A stretch of DNA of 64,000 bases from Felis catus (lineage: Eukaryota). The translations under genes were made by a program, and so were the position numbers. This document shows, in pieces, positions 12,850 through 25,479 of this stretch; position 1 is the first letter of the stretch; every line of letters begins with the position of its first letter. The notes beneath the pieces are model-generated. The model searched no databases. It worked only from the letters and a program-made list of their open reading frames with translations, and was not told the origin of the DNA. The DNA lies in assembly GCF_018350175.1 (NCBI RefSeq), contig NC_058368.1:204974001-205038000 (forward strand). Reading direction: 5' to 3'.

Positions 12850-13105
12850 TGCAATGTGATATTATAAATTGAATCCTACAATACAAAAAGGCCATTAGCT
12901 GAAACAGAGAAAATACAAATAAAGTCTGGAGTTTAGTTAATAGCATTGTACTAATATTTGTTTCTTAGTTTTGATAACTAGACCATGATTATGGATGTCA
13001 ACATGAGGGAAAACTGGACAAGGAATATATAGGAACTCTAATATTTTTCTTCACAGGTTTCTGTTAATCTGAAACTAGTCCAAACAAGAAGTGTATTTAA
13101 AAAAA
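12850..13105 (+). mobile_element. Old L1M 3' fragment
   Basis: AATAAAGTCTGGAGTTTAGTTAATAGCATTGTACTAATATTTGTTTCTTAGTTTTGATAA...GGAACTCT. Confidence 0.6.
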
Positions 13106-13109
13106 CACA

Positions 13110-13523
13110 TGGTCTTATTCGGGGCAAGTTGCCTGTCCCTTCCCCAGCCAGATCCCCTCACCTCTACTACTTCCCACTGCCTAATGCCTAACTGCTGGCA
13201 CCTGCATTTCTTCTCCTAAGGGTTCGCTTTTGCATCCGGAGACTGCTTTGTCCTCCCCAGAATTACTGATCAGGAACTAAGCCTGATGAAAGCTGGTTGG
13301 GGAATATTCAAACCTTTCACTGAGAGGGACTCTGAGATGTGTATTTTGCCTGGGCTCCCAGAATCTCTCTGGGAAGATCAAAAACTCCAGGGGCTGAAGG
13401 TATCTTGCTTCCTAATGCACCCTTTATTGGCTCCTTTCCCCTCCTTACTTCACTTTTCTAAATAAACTTTTACCTGAATCTTTATCTCATCGTCTGCTTC
13501 TGGGAGAAATCCAAAGCAAGACA
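13110..13523 (+). mobile_element. ERVL-class (LTR16-like) solo LTR
   Basis: 3' end TAAATAAACTTTTACCTGAATCTTTATCTCATCGTCTGCTTCTGGGAGAAATCCAAAGCAAGACA. Confidence 0.55.
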
Positions 13524-13779
13524 TTATTCCTAACTGTATTTGCTGATAAAGTGGCTACTACATGTATCAGTTCAAGGTAATTTACAGGGAGGTATTCTAG
13601 CTGTCCTGGATTATTTTTGGTCCCTGGAAGGCGCTCCTCACTCCATACCATGAGGAAAATCACCAAATTATAAACATGCTAGGAACTGGCACATGAAAGC
13701 TATACATTTTTGGATGTGTGAAAGAGATTTAAATATCTGGAAGAATGCTAACAAAAACTTCTCTTAACTACTAAAAGGC

Positions 13780-14090
13780 ATTCATTTATTTATTCAACAA
13801 AAACTTCCGGAGGATGTTCTATAGGATATAAAGTGAACAAGACAAAAAAAGTTCCTACTATTAAGGAGTTTACATTTTTGTCAGTGGAAATGGACAAACA
13901 ACAGGAAATCTAATAAACAAGATAGTATCAATAGTGATAAGTAATGTCAACACTAAACAGGGGCATATGATAGAATGACCTAGCTGGGGGAAGGTTACTC
14001 TATTAGATTGGGGTCAATGAGGTCCTGTCCTTTCTGAAAAGGTGACATTTGAGCTGGGGCCTGAATGACAAGAGAAAACCATTGTGAAGA
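13780..14090 (-). mobile_element. L2 3' fragment
   Basis: CATTCATTTATTTATTCAACAA...GGTGACATTTGAGCTGGGGCCTGAATGA. Confidence 0.6.
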
Positions 14091-14094
14091 TAGA

Positions 14095-14198
14095 TACACA
14101 CACAGACACATACACACACACAGACACACACACACAGACACACACACACAGACACACACACAGACACACACACACACACACACACAGACACACACACA
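14095..14198. repeat. Compound (CA)n microsatellite with GA interruptions
   Basis: Directly visible. Confidence 0.92.
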
Positions 14199-16464
14199 CT
14201 GATTTTACTTTGTTGAAATGACCCCTTAACATATCACAAAATCAGGCCTGAAGAGTATAATGTCCCCTCCAAGTATATCTCTCTATCCCCATAAAATATA
14301 GACTGTGTGGTTACTAAAAAATAGGAGACTTACTTGTTAGACATGCATGTTAAAATATTTACATGTACAAATGAAAAAACACAAGATGTCTGGGGATTGC
14401 TTTAAAATAGTCAGGACCACGGTAGAAAGATGAAACAAGAAGAGCAAAATACTGATGACTCTGGAAGCTGAGGAATGGGTACCTGAGGCTCAAAATACTA
14501 TTCTCATTATTTGGTATGTACTTAAAATTTCCCATAATCAAAAGTTTTTAAAACTAAAGCATATATTTGGGAAAGATGGAGAATTCCAAAGGTTATAGGA
14601 ATCCCACTTCCCCAAATTTTCATCAGCAAATTAGGAGTTCAAGCCAATGGAATCATAAGGGTGTAAGGAAAACTTTTGACTTTGAAATGAGCAAGGAGAT
14701 TACTGGATATCCTCTCAATGGAATGCTGAGGCCCCCAGGGATTAGCTGATCCTATGGAGATCAGAGCCTTTGTCTTTGACTATGCTGTTTTTCAGCTCTG
14801 AGGAGACAGAAGTTAACCTGTAGAAATCAGTCATAAAAATAATTTTTGTCCATACAGTGCAAGTCAGCTGTGTCCAGCGGAATGTAATTGATTACCGTCC
14901 TGTGGATAGATTGGATTTTGCAAATTCTCTTCAACATTCCTTTATATACATTTGTGGTTCTTTGAGTTCTCCTCTAAAATGGCTACACAATTATCTTTTT
15001 AAATTACTTCATTAATTAATATCTGTATCATTTTCCATCTGTTCACTTTATATCTGTATCATTTTACCCTTTTAGAGAATTATCTTTTAACAAAGAAAAA
15101 CAATTTTAAAGTGTTCCAATAATGGGAAACTGTGTACCTATGTGTCAAAGTCTGCATATTTCCTCAAAGTCAAGGACTGAAACACTCTTAGGCTTTTGTG
15201 TGCATTCCTCCAGGCTCTTGTATCTTTCAGTGGACCACCATAGGCTGTTCTTTACCCAGAAAGGCCTTTTACCACAACACTACCACCCCAACTGGCCAAC
15301 TTTCAATTGTCCCTGAACTTACAGACAGTATCACCTTGCCTGAGGAGGGTCTCCCAACACTGGTAGAGATCTCTCTGACAAACATATACATCCAGGAATA
15401 ACTTTTAATATTGATTTTTAAAATCCAAATTTTATAAGCCACCAATAATCATCTGGATATAGGTTTTGTTTCTGTTGTACAGGAATAGTCTAGGCACACT
15501 GACAGTGCAGTCATGAGCAACTAACCTCTGGCCAGTAGTACTCTTCCGAAGGAGAGACGTTTCAATAGTTTAAACAAAAGAAACACTTCAAGGACTCATT
15601 AAAGCCCTAAATTTGGTGGAATGGGGAAAGGCGGAGGAAGCAAAAAAAAAAAAAAAAAAAAAAAAGCAGATACCAAGTGATCTTTATGGGTGAAGGTAGG
15701 AAGTCTCCTCTCTCCAAGTCTCTCAAAAGGGTGCTGCAGGGAATCTCTTTCTGCAGTGTCCAATATGAGTCGGGCATTGTTTTGACTCCTATAAACTACA
15801 ACAGCTTCGTAAAGTAAGAATCACTATCCCCACTTTGCAGATAAAGCCGAGAGAGTTTAATGACCTTGCTGAGAGTTGCAAAGGTAGTAAATGGCAAAGC
15901 TGGATTCAGATCTCATCAGACAAGCCGGATTTATGGGATTCCAAAGCCTACTCCATGACCTTTCCAGAATTCCAACCTACCTTCAGGCTTTCACAGTGGT
16001 TGGCCCCTCAGAGGGCATCTGCCAGCCTAATTTACAGTGAAAAGAACTGCTGGTCAGGTGTCATTTGCCTCAGTTCACAACCTCCCCACTCAGGTGGTTA
16101 ACACAGCTTAACTATCACCCTCACATATGAATGACAGAGGTAAACAACACCCTATTCCATGGGTAAAGTCCACATTTATGGGTGGGAATGTGGTATAGCA
16201 GAAAAAACCCTTGAAAGAATGCTAGAAGAACTGGGTTATAAACCTGTCACTATCACAGTGGAGTTTTAATCCTAGAGAAGTCTTGTCACTTCTCAGGGAC
16301 TCCCACTTCCTCACCTATAAATAAAGCGAGGATGTTGCACTCAGTTTTCAACAGCGGTCTACTGGCATTTGAGGACATATAATTCTTCCTGGGGTATAAG
16401 GCTACCCCGGGCATTACAGAAATTTAGTGTCCTGACTCTGGGCACTAAAAAAAGCCTATAACTC

Positions 16465-16690
16465 TTTTTTAAGTTTTTATTTAAATGTCAGTTAACATAC
16501 AGTGTAATATTAGTTTCACATGTACAATGTAGTGTTTCAACACTTCCATAAAACACCCGGTGCACAAGTGCCCTCTTTAATCCCCATCACCTATTTAGCC
16601 CATTCCCCCTGCCCGCCTCCCCTCTGGTGACCATCAGTTTGTTCATAGTTAAGAGTCGGTTTCTTGGTTTGTCTCACTCTCTTTTTCTCT
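16465..16690 (-). mobile_element. Carnivore L1 3' end fragment
   Basis: GTTAACATACAGTGTAATATTAGTTTCA...CAAGTGCCCTCTTTAATCCCCATCACCTATT...CTGGTGACCATCAGTTTGTTC. Confidence 0.8.
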
Positions 16691-17148
16691 CTCTATATAT
16701 ATCATAGTTTAAGTACTAATTCAGAAGCCACTTTGCCCATAAGTGCTTGCCCCGAATACTTCAGGCCAAACAAATCTCCTTTCTCTCAAAATAAATATAG
16801 CATTTATACCCTGTAACACAATTTTTCATTAAATTGTATAATTGTCTACTTAATCACACAACGGACATTATTAGTGTTGCCTTCCTAGCTTGAATGATAG
16901 GCCCCAGAGTCAAGGGTCATGTCTTATACTACTTTTATATTCTCCAGAGTGTCTAGCACATTCCTGGGAACACAGTAATGGCTCAATAAATATATGTCCT
17001 GTCTTTGATTTTTCAGTGATCCCAAAAATACCACTAGCTTGGCCAAACTTACATCCTGCAGGCTAATAAAAAAATTTATTTATTCAGCATCTTTTTCCCA
17101 AGTAATTTTCAAAGTATTTTTCAGATGACATTCCTAATTCTCACATAC

Positions 17149-17410
17149 CCTACATGTACTATAAGGAATAAATAAAAGCAATGAAGTTTCAGGACAAAAG
17201 CAAAGAGAATTAAAATTTCATGCTCTTTGATGAGAGGCATTCTGAGAGCTGGCAAACTGGATATGTCTCCCAAGTCCTATTGATTCGCACAGAAAAACTC
17301 CAACACATCTCCATCTTGCTTCAAATATTAAAAACTTCTCGACACTGCCAAGGCCCTGAACAGGATCCGCCTGGGAAAGCTGGTCATCAAGTATGGGTGT
17401 TATCATTAAC
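17149..17410 (-). other. Candidate internal 5'-UTR (non-coding leader) exon of the minus-strand gene
   Basis: Acceptor TATTATTCTGTTTAG|GTTAATG at 17411/17410, donor AGG|GTATGT at 17149/17148; non-repetitive; no recognisable protein; the donor position is less certain than the acceptor. Confidence 0.4.
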
Positions 17411-18969
17411 CTAAACAGAATAATACCAAATTTGCATTATGAGCTTAGATTCTAGTCATCACCTGACCTGTTCAATATCCCTTTGCCCCCAGCTCTCCAC
17501 ATCCTTCTTATCAACACTTCCATTTCTCTGGTTTACTACAAACTAAGGTCATCAAAAAATATTTATTAAACAACTGTTCTATGACAAGCAGAGCACGGTT
17601 TTGCCAATGTCTCTAAAGGAAATAAGATGCTATGCTGACTGCGAATATGAAAGAAATCATTCGCCTTTATTCCTGCTCCTCTTTCTTCAATCTTTCTGAC
17701 ATGCTAGGTATCAACGTGCTATGTTTTCTTCATTCCTCATCATCTTGCACAGGGACTCTGGTGTCCTCCTCTACCCCTAGGGGAAGAAGCCATGCAGAGG
17801 CTCTGTCTTCAGTATTCTTTCCATAATTCATCATTCACATATGTTGTGCCAGACTGTTTTTCACTCTGCTTTGCCAAATTGGGGTTTTCCGGGATAACAA
17901 TAACATAGCTTGAAGGTGTCTAAAGAAGCCACAGAGACGGTGAATTAGAATCATATGCCATCATCCTGACCAAGGACAAAGGCTGCTTAACCAATGGCAA
18001 TCAGAATTGGAAGTCTGACTAAAGTTAATCACCTGCCATCACCAAACTTGGTGTGAGCTGTTTACTGCATCACTTAGCACCTTTTGTTTCAATAAGCATC
18101 CCGGGGGAGAGCTACGGATGTCTATTTTGTACTAGTTACACTCTACTTTTTTTCTGACATGGCAACTCAAAGCAAAAAAAGATAGATATGATATTTGTTA
18201 TGATAAAGTACACTTCTTAAGCAAGAAAAAAATGAATTTCTCTTTTGACCAATGACTTTATGATATATCTAATATATTCTAAAGGAACAGAGAGGGATAC
18301 CTCTCCAAAGTTTTTAAAAAATATATTTTCACTGTTTTATATTATAAACAACTGAAGAAACAATCAAGGAGGAGTCACTATAGCAAATGTCTAGCATAGC
18401 AGGCTGTCCACCACAGGTAATTACAGAAAAGAACCTATTCAACTTGCAAAATCTTTTGATGTTCTAATACCGAATAAGGGCTTTATCAGGGTATTCTCTA
18501 TCATCTGCCTCAAATCCCCATGAAATGAGCATCTTCACCAGGATACACTTTTCACTCAGAAGCCCAGCCAGCTGGAGATAGATTTGTTTATGTTTACACA
18601 AATTCACAATCTAGGAAGTGTAATTCATTGGGATTATAATGATATTATTCTAAAGAAAACTGACTGAAGTCTTGTCAATACCAAAAGAAGCAAGGCCTAA
18701 TCAAAGCAGTAAACACATCTGGAAGTTTTAAGGACTCTGTAGAAGAAATTATCTATGATTTTGAAATGGAGTATTTGAAGGTGGGTTTAGATGCTAATTA
18801 AAAAGACACAGCCCAACAATTTCTGACAAAATCACAGACTTCTTATAAATCATTATTAAGTAAAATTGGTACCTGACCTAAGGCTTCATTGCCTATATTA
18901 AAAGGCAGCGAGAGGCACCAAAGAAAGATGTTGAAACTAAACCATGACTGTTTCTGTCACCCTTCTTTT

Positions 18970-19276
18970 TCTTTCTTTTTAAAAAAATATATTGGTGACA
19001 TTTTACTTTTTTAAGAGAGAGCATGAGTGGGTGAGGGGTAGGAAGGGAGAGGGAAATGCAGAGGGAGAGGGAGGGAGGGAGAGAAGGAGAGAGAGGGAGA
19101 GAGAGGGAGAAGGAGAGGGGGACAGAGAGAGAGAGAGAGGGAGAGAAAGAGAGAATATCTTAAGCAGGCTCCACGCACAGAACCCCACTCAGGGCTTGAT
19201 CCCATAACTGTGAGATCAGGACTTGAGTCGAAATCAAGAGTTGGACACTTAACCCACTGAGCCACCCAGGCACCCC
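18970..19276 (-). mobile_element. Can-SINE with expanded purine (GA/GGA) tract
   Basis: Ends GCCACCCAGGCACCCC; near-TSD TCACCCTTCTTT / TCATCCTTCTTT. Confidence 0.9.
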
Positions 19277-19505
19277 ATCATCCTTCTTTTGAGATTCTGG
19301 TACTCCTCATGGCAACAACAAACAAACAACAAAAGAACACAGTTTCAGAAAGATTTTCTGCATCAGACCTTGGTGAGCTGCTATGGCTCCAGAAAGCATA
19401 GCGTGATTATATTTTTATCTGTTTCCCTTAATTGATTAAAAATATTAATGGTGAAGGAATAAAATAAGCAAACGCTATTTCTCGATGCTTATATTGAAAA
19501 TTATT

Positions 19506-19692
19506 GAGGCACCTAAGTGGCTCAGTCAGTTGAGCATCTGACTCTTGATTTCAGCTCAGGTCATGATCCCAGGGTCATGGGATCAAGCCCATGTTGGGCT
19601 CCACATTAAGCATGGAGCCTCCTTAGGATTCTCTCTCACCCTCCCTCTCCCCATGTCCCCTACTTGTGCTCTCTCTGAAAATAAAAAAAAAA
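19506..19692 (+). mobile_element. Can-SINE
   Basis: GAGGCACCTAAGTGGCTCAGTCAGTTGAGCATCTGACTCTTGATTTCAGCTCAGGTCATGAT head, A tail. Confidence 0.9.
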
Positions 19693-20485
19693 TTAATGAA
19701 AATTGTATCTTAAATAAGTGATATGAATTATAGCTCAACTATCCAAAGCATTCCACATTAATTACACTAATGCTCTTTCCACAGCTGCTGTGTTTACAAG
19801 CATTCGGCAAAGAACGGAAAAATATAAAAATGAATAAAATTTATTTCCTGTTTCGAGGAACCCTTCCTAGCAAGGAAGACAGATAATGAAAAAGTAGACC
19901 ACGAAACTGAAAGCGAATGAAATAGGTGTTCTTAAAGAGTTTCAAGCAAAGTCCCAAAGGAGCTGAGAGAAAAGAGAAATTCAGTAATCAAATGAATTCA
20001 AATCATAGCCCTGTAAAGAACCCTAAGAAGGTATCTTGTTTATTCCTCATTTTTGTTGCTGTTGTCTGTTATTAATGTGTAAGAAATATGAAACCCAGGA
20101 AAGTTCAATAGTTTGCAAAAATCACATTGCCCATTTGAGGCACAGCTTGAAGGCACACAAGTTCCCGGACATCGAGTTTACTATTGTTTCATATTATGCC
20201 ATCTTAAGCTGAGGGTTTCTTATACCAAAGTAGAACTTTGCGTTGGAAACTGCATGTCTAAGAACTTGTTGGGGATGTACTGCAATTTTTTGTTTGTTCA
20301 TTTTTGCAGGAGGTTGGGGCTAAATAGGAGGTGGAGAGTTGTGAAATAAATTTTTGAGCTTTAAAAAAAGTATGTACTTTATCATTGGTTATTTCCTCCC
20401 TTTATAGGAGAACAAAATAAAGCAAAGAAGAAAATGTAATATAGATGGAGATCATAATTCAAGGGGCTTAGTGAGCAATCTCACT

Positions 20486-20489
<4 letters not shown>

Positions 20490-20534
<45 letters not shown>
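20490..20534. repeat. (CA)n microsatellite
   Basis: Directly visible. Confidence 0.95.
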
Positions 20535-20535
<1 letters not shown>

Positions 20536-21799
20536 GGGGGACAGCATGAACAATTTTATTAAAGAGAACAAGGCTGCACTGGCCCCTTGTTCTGACAAAA
20601 GGTCAATGCACAAAGTAGGAGCTTCTGATAGGCCCAGATGTCAGCCTATATCACAGGTTGGTTTTCTCTCTTTGCCAAGAAAAATGGTTATTTTGTTCAC
20701 ACTCAGACTTGCTGAGAAAAACAACATTGTCATCATCATCAACCATAAACATTTCTTGCAAGAGGACAGAAGATTCTCAGCTGAGGCAGATTCTCAGCTG
20801 GTAGCAGGGGAAACATAACTTCCTTGGGAAGCCCCAGACAGATACATAAAAGGGAAATCAATCATGCCAGGCAGGTGTCTAATGTACAGTGCAATGCCAT
20901 AAATGCTACAGAGGTTGTGTGGAAATACCTCAGCCCAGGATGGTAAGCATCGTAATTTTCACAGAAGAGAAGAGTGAGTCTCAGAGGAGCTAATCCGCAC
21001 ATTGGTGGTAAAGCTCAAATTCAAACTAGGGTCCAATGGGCCCCAAAGTACTTGCCTTTGAACCAGACCCTCTCCCCCTGTATATACCAGCTTTGCTTCC
21101 TTCCCCCAAGAAGGTTAGAACTTGGTAAGTGAAGACCATCAGAGCCTTTGTCTGACTTGGATCCAGACACACAGCAGGAGGGAGGAACCTTCCTTAGAAC
21201 CGATGCAGTGATATACCTGCTTTGGACTTCTCTGCCACATCACAAGCCATTTACCTCCAGGGGAAGAAGAGGTTGCTGACTCAGTCATGTCCTGTATGTA
21301 CATCTTAAATCCCAGTTGCCGAAGGAAGCATTTCTGTCAGTTGTACTTTTACCTCATTTAGGGCCAGATGGCATACGGTCTGACTTGGACAGAATGAGCC
21401 ATGAGTAAATGCCTGATTACTAGTACTGACTCATGCTTGTGGAAGCAGACACAATAAGGTCCAGGAAAATAATACCTCGTAGTCCCTACCTGTCCATGAT
21501 ATGCAACTTCAATCTGCTTGTCTCCAGAACATTCTACGTCTGTTTGTTTTTTTTTTTTTTTTTTTTTTTTGGCTTGGTGTTCCTTGACAGGGAGAAATTA
21601 AGCAGCCATTTTCATTGCATGTAGAATTCTATACACCTGCACAGTAAGACACTTTCCATAGATTTATAGGAAGTTCAGGCATGAAAAGAAAATTTTTTTA
21701 TTATTGAAGTACAGTTTAAAAATATTTTGAAACAATTATAATGTTTCGACTATGGATGACTAATAATCTGAAAAGACTAAATTGTTATCTTGTTTACAG

Positions 21800-22330
21800 G
21801 TTTGAAATTAGTGAACAGTGTAATGAGATGGCTAAAATAGTACATGAAGATTAACCTGCCTTAATGGATACAGAAAGTCTAGAACTAAGGATTTCATATC
21901 TGTGTTTGAGATGACAACCATGATGACGGGCAGCATAAATGCGGACTCTAGGGCATATTGGTCAGGGCAGGGAAGGGTGGGACCCCACTGTGGGTGAGAA
22001 TAGCTGCAAGAATAAGCAAAAAAAAAAGGTATTCAGGAAGAAGGGGCATAATGTTTGTTTTCAAACACAGCACTTAAAAGGAAGAGAGATTAGATTCATT
22101 GTGTGTTGCTCCAGCAACTGAACAGTAGGTCAATAGGTAGAAGAAAATGTTGATTTAGTGCAAAGCAGAACTTTCTAAAAATGAATCTCTTCTAGAATGG
22201 ACAGGCCAGTGGACAGAAGCAAGATTCCCCCCTCTGATTATTTTCAAGAAGAGGTGGGCTGGCCCACTTATAGAAAGGGCTACTGAAGTGGAAGTTCATC
22301 CCTATGATAGGTACCTCTGAAGTTGGCTCA
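21800..22330 (+). mobile_element. Very old CR1/L3 LINE fragment
   Basis: Degenerate CR1-like motifs (CAGTGTAATGAGATGGCTAAAA; AGAACTTTCTAA; TTCAAGAAGAGGTGGGCTGGCCCACTT); by eye only. Confidence 0.4.
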
Positions 22331-22480
22331 TACTCACCAACCATTTTATTGGGCACATCATTGATATTATATTGCCCAAGGTCCAAAAAAAAAAATGACT
22401 TGCTAAGAAGACATCCTACATTGTTTTGTTTACACAATGAACAGAGGGCTAACTCCAAAGCCTTACCAAACTTCAACTCA

Positions 22481-22694
22481 TTTTTTTCCGTTTATTTACT
22501 TTTGAGAGAGAGAGAGAGAGCGTGCGTGCGCATGAGCGGGGGCAGGGAAGATAGAGAGGGAGACATAGGATCCAAAGTGGGCTCTGTACTGACAGCAGAG
22601 AACCTGAGGTGGGCTCAAACCCACTCTGGGAAATCATGACCTGAGCAGAGAGCTGAAGTCAAACACTTAACCGGCTGAGGCATCCAAGCACCCC
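22481..22694 (-). mobile_element. Can-SINE
   Basis: TSD AAACTTCAACTC (22468-22479) / AAACTTCAATTC (22695-22706). Confidence 0.92.
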
Positions 22695-24696
22695 AAACTT
22701 CAATTCTTATCTATTCAATATTCAGAAAGTGATTAGATGATTTGAAATCTCATATTATTTAAATAACTACCATAGAGATTAAAGAGTTTTCTCTTTTTTT
22801 AAAAAAAAAAAAGGGAGGGTTTTTATGGACATATGTAAACACACTAAGTTATTTTCATTACTGACATGTTTTTAATTGTTCTCTAAAACTAAACCAAGTC
22901 TCCATAATTGTGCAATTTATTAGCAGAATGACCAGAGAAGCTTAATCTTCAGGATAGCAGATTTAATCAATATAACCCATGCCTGTTTTTCTAAGTTAAG
23001 CAATTTGCTGTGCCACATTCTCACTGTATCACTCAGATTTATCTTTACATTAACAATGCTTACCAGCAGATAGCCAAAAAAGACTTGCCAAGTTGGACCA
23101 ACTTCAAGGTTTGTTTCCATGCTGGGGTGTTTCATGCACTTGGCAGAAGCAGGCTGCAACTGGGGCTCCATTTATTACATTCTGCTATAAACATTATGTC
23201 CTGACCTAACAAGACACTGCACATGACAATCCCATAGGTTACCAAGCACCGTAAACATCTGTTAACACAAGCACCAGAGATAGCATGGAGAAGATGTCTA
23301 GTATCCATTCTAAGTGGTTTATGATGTGGAGTCTGCTGTTTACACACAAATAATCAAAAACACAACCCCAAATTCTGCCTAGAACAAATATTTGCAAGAC
23401 AAAGTTATGCTCGGTTTGAAAAAAAAAATACACTGGAGTCATCACTTTGTCACTGCATTTACAGACTTTTATTTCACACCTTTGCCTATTAAGTGTTGGC
23501 TTTCCATGACATTCAGTAGACCTAAACTATAATTTCACTGTGATATATTTACTCCAAATGAAAAGCTGAATGTTGACTTACCAACTTTCCTTAGACTTAT
23601 GTGAATCAAAAGTTTACAAGTGTGGAAGGAGATAAGGGATGGGTGGTGCTTAAACTCAAACGATGTTTTCCAAGGATCTCTGGGTGAAAACACATCCTTC
23701 CAGCTCCATCTAAAGTCCATCTGAAGAGAAACCAGAGACCCCCTTGAAATCTAACCTGGGAACACCAAGCTTTGCTTTTCTCAAAAGGAAACAAATCCCC
23801 AATCACAGAAAAGATGGAACCAACAGTCCTGTCTACTAAATTATTTTATTTTGTTTCTATCCAGCGTCTTAATTTCTGGAAAATGTTTCCTACTAGTTAC
23901 CTCCAAGGTCTATATACCTTGGCACTCCAGAGAAAAGGATTTGCAGGGTGACCCAGGTGGAAACTAGCCTAGAACACCAATCGCTTAGGGCACAGCTGCC
24001 ACAACATGTCTGAGGAGAGACGGGTGCCTTCCCAGGCACACATGCCAGGGATTCTAAAGGTAAACATCACGGAGACCATGTAGTCTCTGGACTGTGCACA
24101 GCAGCACCCCGGGAATCTCAGATCCACAGCTCCAAGTTGGGTCTGGGCCTCCAGGGTTCTGTGCCTACACATACACACGTCTTCGAACCCTCGTCCTCCT
24201 CTGCAAGTCTCCTGAGAGCTTCAGGAACCTTCACCTCTAGCCCTCAGCTCCTCAAAGGCAACGGGTTTAGTTAGTGTTTTAAAGTCCGTGGTATTTAAAT
24301 CCTACGCAGGGTTGCGACTTCCCAACCCTCTGGCCTCCCGTTACCTTTCCCTGTCCCTTCCAAGGTCTCCTGGCTGCACAAACGGGCGGGCGGCACCTCT
24401 CTGGCCTCCTCCTCCCACCCTGCACACCCTACTGGCTCAGGCGCCGACACGCCTCCCCAGGCGCACACACACGCGCGCGCACACACAGTGCTCACGTACA
24501 CCCATTCAGCACACGAACCCGGAGCCAAGTTACCAACTCCCGTAGCCCGGCCCGAGAAGGCGTCCCCCACTCCGGTTATATATAAAGCACTCGCCCCAAA
24601 TTAGACTCCCCCACGCGCCCGGGAGTGGTGACCCTGCCCGGCACCCTGCACGCGCGGCCAGCACCCTCTCCCCTGACACGCCGCTACCCCACTCAC

Positions 24697-25050
24697 CCGC
24701 AGCTCTCAAGATCCGGGCAGTTCTGTCAAAACTTTGAGCCTGGTTGATTTCATAACCACTAGTGTGTCCGGGGCTGGGGGTGCTCGGCTCGCCACGGTTT
24801 CCACCCACTCCAGCTCATGGGGACTGGTGGCAGTGACTCTACTGACCCCAGCTCCGCGGGTGCCAAAGCGTGGCTGCAGCCTGCACAAAGGCGCAGAGGG
24901 CGGTGCGCTTTGGGGAGGAGCGCACGGTGTCGAGGAGCACAGCCCGACGACCTCCCCTCTCCTCCCGTCGCGCCGCCAGGGACCTCTCTCCCCGCTCAGC
25001 AGCGGCAGCCTCAGCAGTTCCTGCCCCAGCACCGCTGATGATGTCAAATA
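24697..25050 (-). other. Candidate alternative first exon (proximal); 5' end approximate
   Basis: Consensus donor CGG|GTGAGT at 24697/24696 inside the CpG island; contains short uORF MKSTRLKVLTELPGS*. Confidence 0.5.
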
Positions 25051-25190
25051 GAAACACTCGCAAAACTTTTACGACTTCAACAAAACTGGCTTCGGAGGCA
25101 GCCCCTCCAGACACCGCAAACATCGGTCACAGCAGGCGCCAGCGTGGGATGGTTCGCCTGTGGCCCCCAACTCCCTGACGCCCCCCACCA

Positions 25191-25209
25191 ACGTGCACAC
25201 ACACGCGCG

Positions 25210-25259
<50 letters not shown>
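25191..25259. repeat. (CA)n(CG)n(CA)n alternating purine-pyrimidine tract
   Basis: Directly visible. Confidence 0.95.
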
Positions 25260-25260
<1 letters not shown>

Positions 25261-25479
25261 CGTGGATCGGGTTACGACAACCCACCAGCAGAAAACAACT
25301 TCGCGAGGAGGAGGGGAGCACAGCCAACCCCCAAGTCACCCGGAAAAAAATTACTCGTGTAAATACATAATCCAGACCCCCACTTTCATAAACAACTGGT
25401 GCCCCAGGGTCCACTCCCAGGTCCCCTGGCACAAAAGGGGGGAAAGAAGAGCCCGACTCCCTCAGCCCCCCTCCAGTAC

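Noticed and set aside
246..23806. Numerous 60-126 aa ORFs in the intron
   Set aside because: Lengths expected by chance, many with non-ATG starts or overlapping SINEs and microsatellites; no homology recognised
24503..24522. TTCAGCAC resembling a REST/RE1 site
   Set aside because: The second half-site (GGACAG) is absent
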